This document shows, in pieces, positions 47,655 to 57,566 of a stretch of DNA of 64,000 nucleotides. The stretch is from Terriglobia bacterium (GTDB taxonomy: Bacteria; Acidobacteriota; Terriglobia; 20CM-2-55-15): the NCBI GenBank assembly GCA_965198225.1, contig CBDAOY010000006.1:928001-992000 (forward strand), read 5' to 3'. The notes under the pieces are model-generated. The model ran no database searches, had not been told where the DNA came from, and was given only the letters and a program-made list of their open reading frames with translations. Numbering within the stretch: the stretch's first letter is position 1; each line of letters begins with the position of its first letter. The position numbers and the translations under genes were made by a program.

Positions 47655-48155
47655 GTGAAACGGACACTGGTATACCCATGCTTCGCCGCAGCCCTGTTGA
47701 TCTTGACCGCCTGTGCACCAGCACCAGCTCCAACGCCCGCGCCTGAACCCGAAAACACGACCGAAGCCGACGTTGCAGCGATCAATGGCATGGTGGACCA
47801 GTGGCTCGAGGCCTGGCACGCTGGTGACGCTGCGACCTTGAATTCGCTTTATGCGGATGATGCCGTCCGAATGTTGCCTGACTCCTCAAACCTCACCGGG
47901 CGCGAAGCTATTCTGGGACGCCAGCAAGCCGGCGCCGAAGAATATGAAGAGCGGCAGCAGACCGTGTCTAAAGATGACCTTCGTGTCTCCGGGGATCTGG
48001 CGTTTCTAAGCGGAGACTGGAGCGTGGTTCAGACACCTGTCGGCGGTGAGGCGCGGAGCCTGAACGGAAAATACATCTGGCTGCTCGGACGACAAGACGA
48101 CGGCTCATGGAAGATCGTGCGCCATATCCACAACGTGGCACCAGAAGAAGGCTGA
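47655..48155 (+). CDS. SnoaL/DUF4440 (NTF2-like) lipoprotein
   Basis: Lipobox LTAC, PA-rich linker, LYADDA, GREAI, GKYIW..RQDDGSWKI. Confidence 0.82.
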   Translation: MKRTLVYPCFAAALLILTACAPAPAPTPAPEPENTTEADVAAINGMVDQWLEAWHAGDAATLNSLYADDAVRMLPDSSNLTGREAILGRQQAGAEEYEERQQTVSKDDLRVSGDLAFLSGDWSVVQTPVGGEARSLNGKYIWLLGRQDDGSWKIVRHIHNVAPEEG

Positions 48156-48224
48156 TCGGTCCTGGGTAGAACTGCTTCCGCTACCTGTCAGCTCAAACTC
48201 TGAATCCCCACGGAGGTATGAGAG

Positions 48225-48983
48225 ATGAAACGATTGGTATTCACTTTGATCGCATTCGCGATGGTCGCTGCTTTTGCAACGGCCTCATCGGCCCAAACGC
48301 CGGACCGCGTGATGGTCAGCATCGTCGAAATCCACGTGAAACCCGGCATGGAGGCCCAATACGAAGCGGCCAGAAAAGAGGGTGTGGCGAACTGGGCCAG
48401 GAACAACTTCTCTTACGCCGTGAACGAGAGTCGAGGCGATGGATCGATCTACCGCCGAACGACCGTGGTTGAAAGTCTGACCGACCTGGACAAGGCCTCG
48501 ACCCAGAGCGGGGCCAATCCCGTCGATCAAAGCGTCCGGAACCGTTTAAACGAGGCTATCGACCACACCTCGAATACTATCGTGTGGTCCAGACCGGACT
48601 TGGCCTACACACCGGAGAATCCGAGGCTCAGCGGGGACGAAGTGGGCTTCTACCATTACGTCTTTCTGTATCCTCGACGCGGAACCCGAGAGCAGATGAC
48701 ACAAGCCTTCATGAAGCACCGGGAGCTGTACGTGAAACACGGGGATTCCGACACGTACGCCGTGGCCCAGACCACCCGGGGTCCGGAAGTGCCGATGTTG
48801 ATAGTCCGTTTCTCGGCTAAAGATGCTGCGGACTATTTCGCGCAGGACCCACAGCGGAGCAGCGATTTCCTCGAGGAACGGGGTGCGATTCGCAGTGAAA
48901 TTCTGAGTCTGTGCAGAAGGTTTGAAGTGTCGAACAACACGCGTGTTCCAGACATTTCATACCAGCCCGGCGGAAGCAACTAG
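48225..48983 (+). CDS. Exported NIPSNAP-like two-domain protein
   Basis: Signal peptide, HVKPGMEAQYE, repeated RPDLAY.P / RVPDISYQP. Confidence 0.65.
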   Translation: MKRLVFTLIAFAMVAAFATASSAQTPDRVMVSIVEIHVKPGMEAQYEAARKEGVANWARNNFSYAVNESRGDGSIYRRTTVVESLTDLDKASTQSGANPVDQSVRNRLNEAIDHTSNTIVWSRPDLAYTPENPRLSGDEVGFYHYVFLYPRRGTREQMTQAFMKHRELYVKHGDSDTYAVAQTTRGPEVPMLIVRFSAKDAADYFAQDPQRSSDFLEERGAIRSEILSLCRRFEVSNNTRVPDISYQPGGSN

Positions 48984-49250
48984 TGACCTGTAACAGTGCT
49001 ATCGGTACCAGCGTTCGGCGGAGCGGCGTCGGATTCTAGGAGTGACGCTCGAGCCAATGCTGTTTCATTGCGAGGGCGTTACGACACCGAAGCCGGCGCC
49101 GTTCCGCCGAACCCTTCGGGCCGATGGGGGTTGCGGGCGATCTCTTTGTCGGAAGCCGTCACCGATGAAAGAGCATCGCTTTCCGTCTCCCTCCTCGACC
49201 TCGCCCGCAAGACCCATCGGCGATGGTGCCGATACCACTGTTGCAGGCCA
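48984..49250. mobile_element. MITE-like element, 267 bp
   Basis: ~30-bp imperfect terminal IRs (tgacctgtaacagtgctatcggtaccagcg / tggcctgcaacagtggtatcggcaccatcg), flanked by CTAG on both sides. Confidence 0.65.
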
Positions 49251-49517
49251 CTAGCGGCGCTGGGAGCCCGCACGCGCGGTTCCGGTCGGGCTCAGGCACG
49301 AAGAGTCCACGTCTGCCTTGACCGGAACCGCTGAGCACTGGCTGGTGAGCGGGCAGGGGAGAGCGCACACATCGAGTGAATCGAGTCGGTCACGGAAGCC
49401 TGACGTTATCTCACAACGTCCTGCACGATAGCCACTGAACTCAGGCTCAACGAAACAACGTCCCCCTAGCTTCTGGGTGACCGAATTTTCCCCAGTCAAT
49501 ACAGGAGAGAAACTCTA

Positions 49518-49976
49518 ATGAAGACGACGACCCTTTCAGTCTTAGCCATTGCCGCGCTGGTCCTTTCCGGTCCAGCAGCACACGCCCAGAATCCCGAAGC
49601 CGAGGTCCGGGAAGCTATCCAGAGACACTATGACGCCATCAACAACAACGAGTTGGAGAGCATCCGGGAACAACATCTCCCTGAGATGTCTTGGTTCCCC
49701 GGAGGCGGGGAGATGCTTCTGGCTCCCGGTACTCTGGACAGACTCGACCAGGATGTGGCCATGATGGGTTGGACGACACCCAGCCTGTCCATCCGCGAAT
49801 TCAATGCCCAGGTTTACGGGGATGTCGTCATCGCCACCTTCTACCTGGTGGGGCGCCCCAGTCTGGACAGCCCACGCACTACGAATCGCGTCAGCGCGGT
49901 TTGGGTCAGGCAGGGATCGGAGTGGAAGGAGGCTCATCATCACGAGTCATCGCTTGTCCCGGGGGAGCATCCCTAA
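49518..49976 (+). CDS. SnoaL/DUF4440 (NTF2-like) exported protein
   Basis: AGGAG RBS, signal peptide, QVYGDVVIATFY, RVSAVWVRQGSEWKEAHHHES. Confidence 0.8.
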   Translation: MKTTTLSVLAIAALVLSGPAAHAQNPEAEVREAIQRHYDAINNNELESIREQHLPEMSWFPGGGEMLLAPGTLDRLDQDVAMMGWTTPSLSIREFNAQVYGDVVIATFYLVGRPSLDSPRTTNRVSAVWVRQGSEWKEAHHHESSLVPGEHP

Positions 49977-50157
49977 TACCCCCACAGATTTAAGGGCTGA
50001 CGACACTCTGACGGCGGTATGGCGATGTCCTATAGTACTTTCAGTCGACAAACGTTCGTTGTTCCTCGTGCGGCAAGACAAACCGAGTCCGGCAACTCGG
50101 GATCTCGGTCGTGAACTGCCGAGCGTGTAAGACACCGCTGCCCCCACCCTCCATTCG

Positions 50158-50186
50158 TTGACACCCCTCCCCACTGCCGATAGCAT
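50158..50186 (+). promoter_or_regulatory. Sigma70-type promoter (duplicate of 47593-47621)
   Basis: TTGACA-17 bp-TAGCAT. Confidence 0.75.
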
Positions 50187-50219
50187 CGCCTCTCACCCGA
50201 TCTCATTGGAGGACACGTC

Positions 50220-50729
50220 ATGAAACCCAGATTGGTTTACGTCTGCCTCGCCTCAACCCTGTTGATCTTCACCGCCTGTGCGCCAGCGCCTGCTCCGGTA
50301 CCAGAGCCTGTGGACACGACCGCAGAGGATGAGGCCGCAATCAGGGCGCTCAGAGCAGCCTTCACTGAGGCTCAGGGTTCTGGGGATGTTGATACCATCG
50401 TGTCCAGTTACGCGAGCGACGCCATACTGATGAGGGCTGGTGCGCCGACTGTGTCCGGGCTGGAGCCCATAAGTGCCCTGCTCGCCGAGAACTTTGAGCA
50501 ATCGGCCATGACGGTCGAAGATCCCATTGATCAGCTAGTAGTGCTCGGCGACTGGGCGTTCGATCGAACAAGCTTCTCAGGGACTCAAACAAACAGGGAG
50601 TCCGGCGAGACGGTCGATCTTGAGGGTAAGGCTATTCACATCTATCGGCGGCAGGCTGATGGGTCGTGGAAGATCGCTATAGACATGTACAACTTTGACC
50701 AGCCGATGGAGTCAAACCCGGACAACTGA
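50220..50729 (+). CDS. SnoaL/DUF4440 lipoprotein (paralog of 47655)
   Basis: Lipobox FTAC, YASDA, GDWAFDR, RRQADGSWKI. Confidence 0.82.
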   Translation: MKPRLVYVCLASTLLIFTACAPAPAPVPEPVDTTAEDEAAIRALRAAFTEAQGSGDVDTIVSSYASDAILMRAGAPTVSGLEPISALLAENFEQSAMTVEDPIDQLVVLGDWAFDRTSFSGTQTNRESGETVDLEGKAIHIYRRQADGSWKIAIDMYNFDQPMESNPDN

Positions 50730-50895
50730 CCATACAGGAGTGACCTGTTGGCCTGGGAAGACCTCCGAGTCAATCGAGTCCAACAATAAAATCAATCACC
50801 GATGATTGGGAGCCGGATATCAACGGATACGGCCTGAGTTGTTAGCGCCGTTCTCTGGGGTCACGCCTGGCCGACAGACGCGCATATGGGGTGTT

Positions 50896-51405
50896 ATGAG
50901 CATACGTCGCCTTCTTACGATCATCGTCACGTTCGTGATCCTCGTTGGCTTGGGATCTGTTTCAGCACAGAGTCCAACTAGCTCTCCTGGGGAGCTTGTC
51001 GGTGTCTGGCTGATTTCCGAGACCGTGGTGACTACGACGGATGGAACCACGAGGAACGAAAACCCACAACCGGGGTTGTACATATTCACGGAACGGCACT
51101 TCAGTAATATGTTGATTCCCAGTGTGGAACAGAGGGCACCGCTCAGTGCGGAACGAACGGATCAAGAGCGGCTGGCGGCTTTTGAGAACTTCATTGCCGA
51201 TGCAGGTACATACGAGTCCACGGACTCGGAGATCACCGTACACAACATCATTGCGAAGATTCCGAACGTTATGCCCCCGTTCAGGGCCGGGGCTGACTTG
51301 ACATACGGCTACAAGTTCGAAGGGGAATCGCTGATGCTCACACTGCGAGGGATGGGATGGGCGCAAGGTGGTGAGATTACCTATCGGCTTGAACGCATTG
51401 AGTAG
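50896..51405 (+). CDS. Lipocalin-like exported protein
   Basis: Signal peptide, ELVGVW, GLYIFT, FIADAGTY, C-terminal YRLERIE. Confidence 0.7.
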   Translation: MSIRRLLTIIVTFVILVGLGSVSAQSPTSSPGELVGVWLISETVVTTTDGTTRNENPQPGLYIFTERHFSNMLIPSVEQRAPLSAERTDQERLAAFENFIADAGTYESTDSEITVHNIIAKIPNVMPPFRAGADLTYGYKFEGESLMLTLRGMGWAQGGEITYRLERIE

Positions 51406-52200
51406 AACACTCCGAATGGGATGACTCGACGGACCCGGCCTACTGGGGTTCGTCGAGCAACTGCTGACACTCGGCCGCGGGAGCAGCCAAGCCGAGGGCC
51501 TCGAATCCCTCGGTCTGGCTACCATCCCGGCCTGTCTCGTCCGGCTTCTCTTACGGTTCGCCTGCAAGCGGTCCGAAGTCGGGCGGTGGTTTTCGATGTT
51601 TCGTCGCCGCTTCATAGGCCGAAGCGACCTTCAAGACCGTTGACTCCTCACCGGGACCAGCCCAGAACATCATGCTGATAGGAAGTGGCGTTTCAAGCAA
51701 CGATTGCTCGGTGCCGGCGACCTGACTGTAGTTGTCCGTGGCGGCATTCAGAGCGAACTGGGGCTCGTAAACGATCTGGTTAAAGCCGGCCGGAACGACG
51801 ATCTCCGGGATTCCCAAGAGGGCAGTAAGGGTCTGAGTTGCTCCCGACGCGCTTCGGCGATTGGCAGAGGGTTGCCTCGGGCCCCCGATTTTCGGGTGAG
51901 GGAGCGTATTCTCCGGATTCACCAGCACATCGAGGTTGTTCTCTTTCATTACCTTGACCAGCACGAGCCTCATCACCTCGCGCATCTGCATGCGCTCGAT
52001 GTTTCCTGCTGATCGAATATCGTGTATGCCCACCCAATTCTCAGATCCCGCTCTCGAAGAGTCATTAAAGTATTTGGTGTTGGCGTTCAGACTGGCCATA
52101 TCGTTGACCCTCTCATCGCCTCTTCGGTCCAGATACTGGTCAATATGCAAGGCGAAGCTCAAGGTCCGTGGTGAGCTTGTGACGCGGCGGAGATTCATAT

Positions 52201-52280
52201 TCCTTTGACGTCACATCGTAGTCCGGCACGGCAAATTCAAGGTCGCCCGACTCGGTTGTCTTGGAGAAGTACTCCGGCAT
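52201..52280. repeat. 80-bp direct duplication of amidase sequence (copy of 53246-53325)
   Basis: Identical tcctttgacgtcac...tactccggcat. Confidence 0.9.
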
Positions 52281-53202
52281 CAGTAGTGTCCGACAGATTT
52301 AGGACCTCCCGGTCCTAAAGTTAGAACTGACGCGATGTAGCGCGCTTGTCAAGGTGTTAACGATTTGATTTCTGTGCGGCCTTCGCGGCAGCCTTTCCAG
52401 AGGTTTCTGGGAGGCACCGATGTACGCTGGCAAGCTGGTCTTCGCACAAGTCATGGAGTTCGCGCCGTGGTATACGTTCCGTCGTCTGGTGACCAAGTAC
52501 CGCGGCAATTTCAACGTCCGCACATTCAGTTGCCTGGACCAGTTCCTATGCATGGCCTTCGCTCAGCTGACCTATCGGGAGAGCCTGCGCGACATTCAAG
52601 CCTGCTTGCGAGCCCAACCCGCCAAGCTCTACCACCTGGGGTTGCACGGGAAGGTCAGCCGCAGTGCATTGGCCGATGCCAACGAGTCTCGCGACTGGCG
52701 CATCTACGGAGAGTTCGCTCAGGCGCTGATCCGCATCGCACGCCGCTTGTATGCCCACGAGCCGCTCGGGATCGACCTGGACGAAACCGTCTACGCGCTC
52801 GACTCCACGATGATCAGTCTGTGCTTGTCGCTGTTCCCTTGGGCGCACTTTCGAAAGACCGAAGCCGCGGTGAAGCTTCATACGCTGCTCGACCTGCGTG
52901 GCGGTATCCCCAGCTTCATCCACATCTCCGAAGGCAGGCTGCACGACGTCAACGTTCTCGACCTGCTCATCGCCGAAGCCGGTGCTTTCTACGTGATGGA
53001 CCGCGGCTATCTCGACTTCGATCGCCTCTACACCTTCAATCAAGCCGGGAGCTTCTTCGTCACCCGTGCTCGATCCGACTTCGCGTTCAAGCGCATCTAC
53101 TCCCAACCCGTCGACCGACACACGGGCCTCATCTGCGATCAGACTATCGAACTGACCGTATTTCGCTCCCGCCGCGGCTACCCCGAACGGTTGCGGCGCA
53201 TT
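52281..53202 (+). mobile_element. IS4-family element, left end plus 3'-truncated transposase (DUF4372 N-term)
   Basis: Terminus CAGTAGTGTCC; ORF from 52420 with QLTYRESLRDI, ALDST, VKLH, HDV, MDRGY; breaks after LRRI. Confidence 0.88.
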
Positions 53203-54920
53203 CTCCGAGAGCGGCGCCTTACCTTCGGCTAGCTTCACCAGATACTCCTTTGACGTCACATCGTAGTCCGGCACGGCAAATTCAAGGTCGCCCGACTCGG
53301 TTGTCTTGGAGAAGTACTCCGGCATATGTATCGGCATGATCTCTGCCAGAGCATCCTGGAAGGTATACCTCATGTTGGGCACCGTCGGATCGTCGGGGTA
53401 CAACGGATCGACGGATTCAACCAGTTCCGCACCGAGCTGATCGCGCAGGACCGTCTTGATTTCCCTGTCGATTTGATCGCTGATCACCACATCGTTTTGG
53501 CTGTGCTTGACCATGTACTCGCGCACTATGCCAATGCGCACGCCGGCCAGGGATCTACTGTCAGCATCTAGATGAGCGGTGGCGAAACTGGCGTATGGCT
53601 CCTCGGAGACCAGAGCATCGGGTAATGCCGAGTAGATATCCCTCGGATCGAAGTAACCGAGCTGCGGATCTTTGAGGGCATCGAGAACCAGGGCTGCGTC
53701 TTTGACCGTGCGACACGTGATGCCGGCGCGGTCAACAAGTGGGTTCGCACCAATCCCACCGCCATACGGTATCAATCCCTTGGTGGTCAAAAGGCTTACC
53801 ACGGCGTTCCTGGATGCGGGCCCCTTACAGGAGCCTCCGGTCTGTTCGCAAAAGGAGCACACCGCCAGATTGGCAGCCACCGATGAGCCCGAACCGGTGC
53901 TCGACCCTCTGGGCGACCGCTCAGTATCGTAGGGATTGCAGCCCTGGCCGGCCCACGTGCTGCGCTCCTCATACCCCAGGTACCGCAATGTTGCCGAAGC
54001 ATCACCACCAGGATTCCCTATACCTCCGTTGAACTCCGCCTCGTTCGCCTTGGCAAAAATGATCGCCGCTTTGGCTCGAAGCCGGGCCACGATGGTGGAG
54101 TCCTCCGGAGGGGCATCCATGGCGAAGTTGATGTCGGCCGCCGCGGTTGTCCGCATGTCCTTTGTATCGAATACATCTTTAAACGCCATGGGAACGCAAT
54201 ACATCGGCAATGTCGCCAGATCAGGATTGCGACCATATTGCATATCCAATTCAGCCGCTCGCTCCAGGGCGTCCGGTTGCCGGCGGAACTCTTGGCAGAC
54301 GGCCGGGCATCCTCCCGGAATCGATCCCTGGCCGGGATGCGTGTCGCATGCACCTTTGCATGTCACTGATCGCTCACCGCGAATGTTGAGAGTGCTGAAC
54401 GCGCTCAGCTGTCCTGCCTTCGGGATACCGACAACCATGCCGAACTGTTGCTGCACGCTGGGGTCCGATGCGGTTGCTTCCATTCTGCCGAAATCAAGCG
54501 GCAGCCCTTCATACTGATCAAACTCCGGAAGCACCTGCGAGACCGGGACCGTCGTAGTCGGGAATACGAGTGGCGCACCAGCCCGAACAAAGCCCTGAGT
54601 GGAGGGAATTGGCGCGCCATCTCCAGTGACAAGCTGAGTGCACATCCCGTTATAGGCGCTTGCTCGATTGATATAGGCCTGCACCAATCCCTGGCAGGTG
54701 ATTTGCCCCTCCTGGATCGCGCGGTGTATATCCTCAATGGTCGCTTCCTCGAGTTGGAACGGGGTCTGCCCGAAGGCCAGCCCGGACATGAGGGAGAATG
54801 AGATCAGCATTACAATCACTGGCATGGCTAATGTCTCTAGCCTTGAGGAACGCGTAACCTTTTTTGACAAGGCTCTATGTTTTCTTGTTCGCTTATCCTG
54901 TTGCTCCGTTGACGCTCGAA

Positions 54921-57566
54921 TCATGGCACGGGCACCCTTTCCTTCAGTTCCTCGAACCAGTTGACGACAACATTGATGGTGTTTCGTTGATTTGGGATGG
55001 TGCGACGAATGTAATACAAGCGTTGTCCATCGGACGACACGTCGAACGATTTTCCGCCCGTGTCAATGAAATCGACCGCTTCAAAGACGACCCGTGGGGA
55101 TCCGAATTCAAGCGATGGTTGGCGAGTGACCCGGCTTGCGTAAATTTGGCTCCCGTTTCTATAGAACAGTTCGTCGCATTCCGCGCACCATACCGTTTCA
55201 ACTCCCCCGAGGTCTGACACCTGTTCTCTGAACGTTCCGCCGATCTCTACAACCCATACTTCATTGCGCCCGGTCTCGTCGGTGTTGAAGGATACGTGGC
55301 TGCCGTCGGGCGACAGGCTGGAGCCCCAGGAAGAAGACTGGATCGAAGTAGGCTCACTTCCGGGTTCGGTGGAGATCACACCTACCTCGCTCCCCCAGAT
55401 ATCGAAGGAGATGAGTTCATTCTCGGCCCATCCGCTGGGCACAGCACCGCGCAAGGAGTGCTCGAACTCCGGGCCCTGTATTTCGTGAATGAAAAGGGGG
55501 CTGAGTGGATCGAAAGGGCTCCCGTCCAGAAAGGCGAGACGCTCGCCAGTGAAGTCCCACCGGGGTTGTCGTGCTCCAATCCTGAAGTCCAGGCCAGTTT
55601 GCCCGTCCCAGAGCCAAATGTAGTCATTAACATCCGCAACCTCAATTGCGATCCGCTGATCGTCTGGATTAACGTCCAGGATGCCGTAGACACGCTCGGG
55701 CACGTCCAGAAAGGCGCTGTTGCCCTGTCGATCCACCCAGGCCAGTTTGCCGAGCGCGAGATCGCCGCCAGGAACATAGACGAGGGTTCCGTTGTCGGAA
55801 GCCGCTGCATGCACCGTACCAAAAACAGACTGCATCGCGACGTTTCGTTCAACAGAAACTGCCTCCCCGATCACTTCCAATCGGTCGGCGTCGAAACCCA
55901 CGACCCATAGTGCACCGGCACGGGCGAATTCGAGATGGCCGCTAGCCAAGTACCGTGCGCTGTAAGCGGACGGCAAAAGCGTTTCCCTTTGCCGTGTATC
56001 GAGGCGCAGCACTTCGATCGCCCCATGATCTCTACTCGAGCTTGGCAAGGAAGGCGTAGACAGAAGGGCTGCCTGGCCATCTGGAAGGACTTGATCAACG
56101 GTCGAAAGCCCGAGGCGAATGACTTCGTCGCGTTCTCCACCCGCCGCCGTCGACGCAATCCTGCTCAGTCTGTATCCCTCGTCTTCCACGATATAGATGA
56201 CATCGTTCGCAACCCAGAAGGCTTGAATCGGCGTTCGTGCACGAGAGATGGTGGTTGGCGAACCGTCGATTGAGGTCTTCTTAAGACGGTCAGATGTGAG
56301 GAATCCGATTTCACTGCCGTCGGGCGAAAAGAACGCGTGAATCGCACCTTCGGTCTCGGGGAGCGGCCTTGGGTTTGCAAACTCGTCAAGAGGCCGGTAG
56401 TAGAGTACCGTGTCCGTCCCGGACTCTCCCACATAGACTAATTGAGTCCCGTCAGGTGAGACGGCCACAGCCGGGCTCTCGAATCCGATGAGCGGCAACC
56501 GGGTTCCGACCGCAAGTGATGCTGCGCTCGGGAGTTCAATCGTCGTTCTGGTCGAGGGCGGCGTCAACTCGCCAGAGCTCGGGTTCTGTGTCGACTGACC
56601 CCGACCGATAAGAAAACCCAGCAACACACACATCGGAATAACAACGGCCGCGCCCATCAGAAGCTGTAGTGAGCCGACCCTCGCACCGGATTTGCTACTG
56701 CCTTGTGAGTTCGGGTCTTGCAGTACTTCGTGAATCTCGAGTCGAGCATCACCAACATCTCTCAGCCGGCGCTTCGGATCGCGTTCGAAACAGCGTTGGA
56801 GTAGCCTCTCGACCCCGAATGGAGTTGTTCCCGGGAGTGCGGTCCAGTCCACATCCCTTGTGAGCACGAACGCCAAGGTGTCGGAGACGGTTGGGGCCTG
56901 AAAAACGGGTCGCCCCGCGAGCATTTCATAAAGGACACACCCGAACGCCCAGATGTCTGCTCTCTTGTCGACTTCGTGGCCTCGCGCTTGTTCCGGGGAC
57001 ATGTACGCGGCGGTTCCGAGGATCACGCCCTGCTGCGTCGCTGCCAAACTCAAGGTCGGTGACTGCGAGAGGTTCACGTCAGCCCCATCCCCCGCTAATG
57101 CTTTCGCCAGCCCGAAGTCCAGCACCTTCACATTGCCGTCGGGCGTGACCTTGATGTTGGCGGGCTTCAGGTCGCGGTGGATGACACCTTTCTCATGGGC
57201 GGCTTCGAGGCCCTCGGCAATCTGTAGCGCGAGCTTGAGCGACTCTTCGACCGGGATCGCCCCACGCTTCAGCCGGTCCGCCAGCGTGTCGCCTTCGACG
57301 AGTTCCAGGACGAGGAAGCGTGTGCCGTTATCTTCTTCCAGACCGTAGATTGCTGCGATGTTCGGGTGGTTCAACGACGCCAGTAGCTTCGCTTCACGTT
57401 CAAATCGGGCAAGGCGTTCCCCGTTCTTGGCGAACTCTTCGGGCAGCGTTTTGATGGCGACTTCGCGTCCCAGCTTGGAGTCCCGCGCACGCCACACCTC
57501 ACCCATCCCACCCTTGCCGAGCGGGGAGAGGATTTCGTAGCTGCCGAGTTGGGTGCCGGGGGTCAT
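54921..57566 (-). CDS. Ser/Thr protein kinase with TM helix and TolB-like propeller
   Basis: LGKGGMGEVW, HRDLKPAN, DFG, YMSPEQ; SPDG repeats; ATGA-coupled on both sides. Confidence 0.92.
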   Translation of the reverse strand: MTPGTQLGSYEILSPLGKGGMGEVWRARDSKLGREVAIKTLPEEFAKNGERLARFEREAKLLASLNHPNIAAIYGLEEDNGTRFLVLELVEGDTLADRLKRGAIPVEESLKLALQIAEGLEAAHEKGVIHRDLKPANIKVTPDGNVKVLDFGLAKALAGDGADVNLSQSPTLSLAATQQGVILGTAAYMSPEQARGHEVDKRADIWAFGCVLYEMLAGRPVFQAPTVSDTLAFVLTRDVDWTALPGTTPFGVERLLQRCFERDPKRRLRDVGDARLEIHEVLQDPNSQGSSKSGARVGSLQLLMGAAVVIPMCVLLGFLIGRGQSTQNPSSGELTPPSTRTTIELPSAASLAVGTRLPLIGFESPAVAVSPDGTQLVYVGESGTDTVLYYRPLDEFANPRPLPETEGAIHAFFSPDGSEIGFLTSDRLKKTSIDGSPTTISRARTPIQAFWVANDVIYIVEDEGYRLSRIASTAAGGERDEVIRLGLSTVDQVLPDGQAALLSTPSLPSSSRDHGAIEVLRLDTRQRETLLPSAYSARYLASGHLEFARAGALWVVGFDADRLEVIGEAVSVERNVAMQSVFGTVHAAASDNGTLVYVPGGDLALGKLAWVDRQGNSAFLDVPERVYGILDVNPDDQRIAIEVADVNDYIWLWDGQTGLDFRIGARQPRWDFTGERLAFLDGSPFDPLSPLFIHEIQGPEFEHSLRGAVPSGWAENELISFDIWGSEVGVISTEPGSEPTSIQSSSWGSSLSPDGSHVSFNTDETGRNEVWVVEIGGTFREQVSDLGGVETVWCAECDELFYRNGSQIYASRVTRQPSLEFGSPRVVFEAVDFIDTGGKSFDVSSDGQRLYYIRRTIPNQRNTINVVVNWFEELKERVPVP

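Larger units (their letters stand above)
51551..54924 (-). pseudogene. Amidase signature family protein interrupted by an IS4 fragment
   Basis: AFKDVFDT, GSSTGSG, QTGGSC triad motifs in the N-part (54924-53203); C-part 52198-51551 (IVVPAGF, LPISMMF, AYEAATKHRKPP). Confidence 0.85.

Noticed and set aside
52546-53202. C-terminal extension of the amidase ORF (792 aa)
   Set aside because: It is read-through into the antisense strand of the IS4 transposase, not a real domain fusion.
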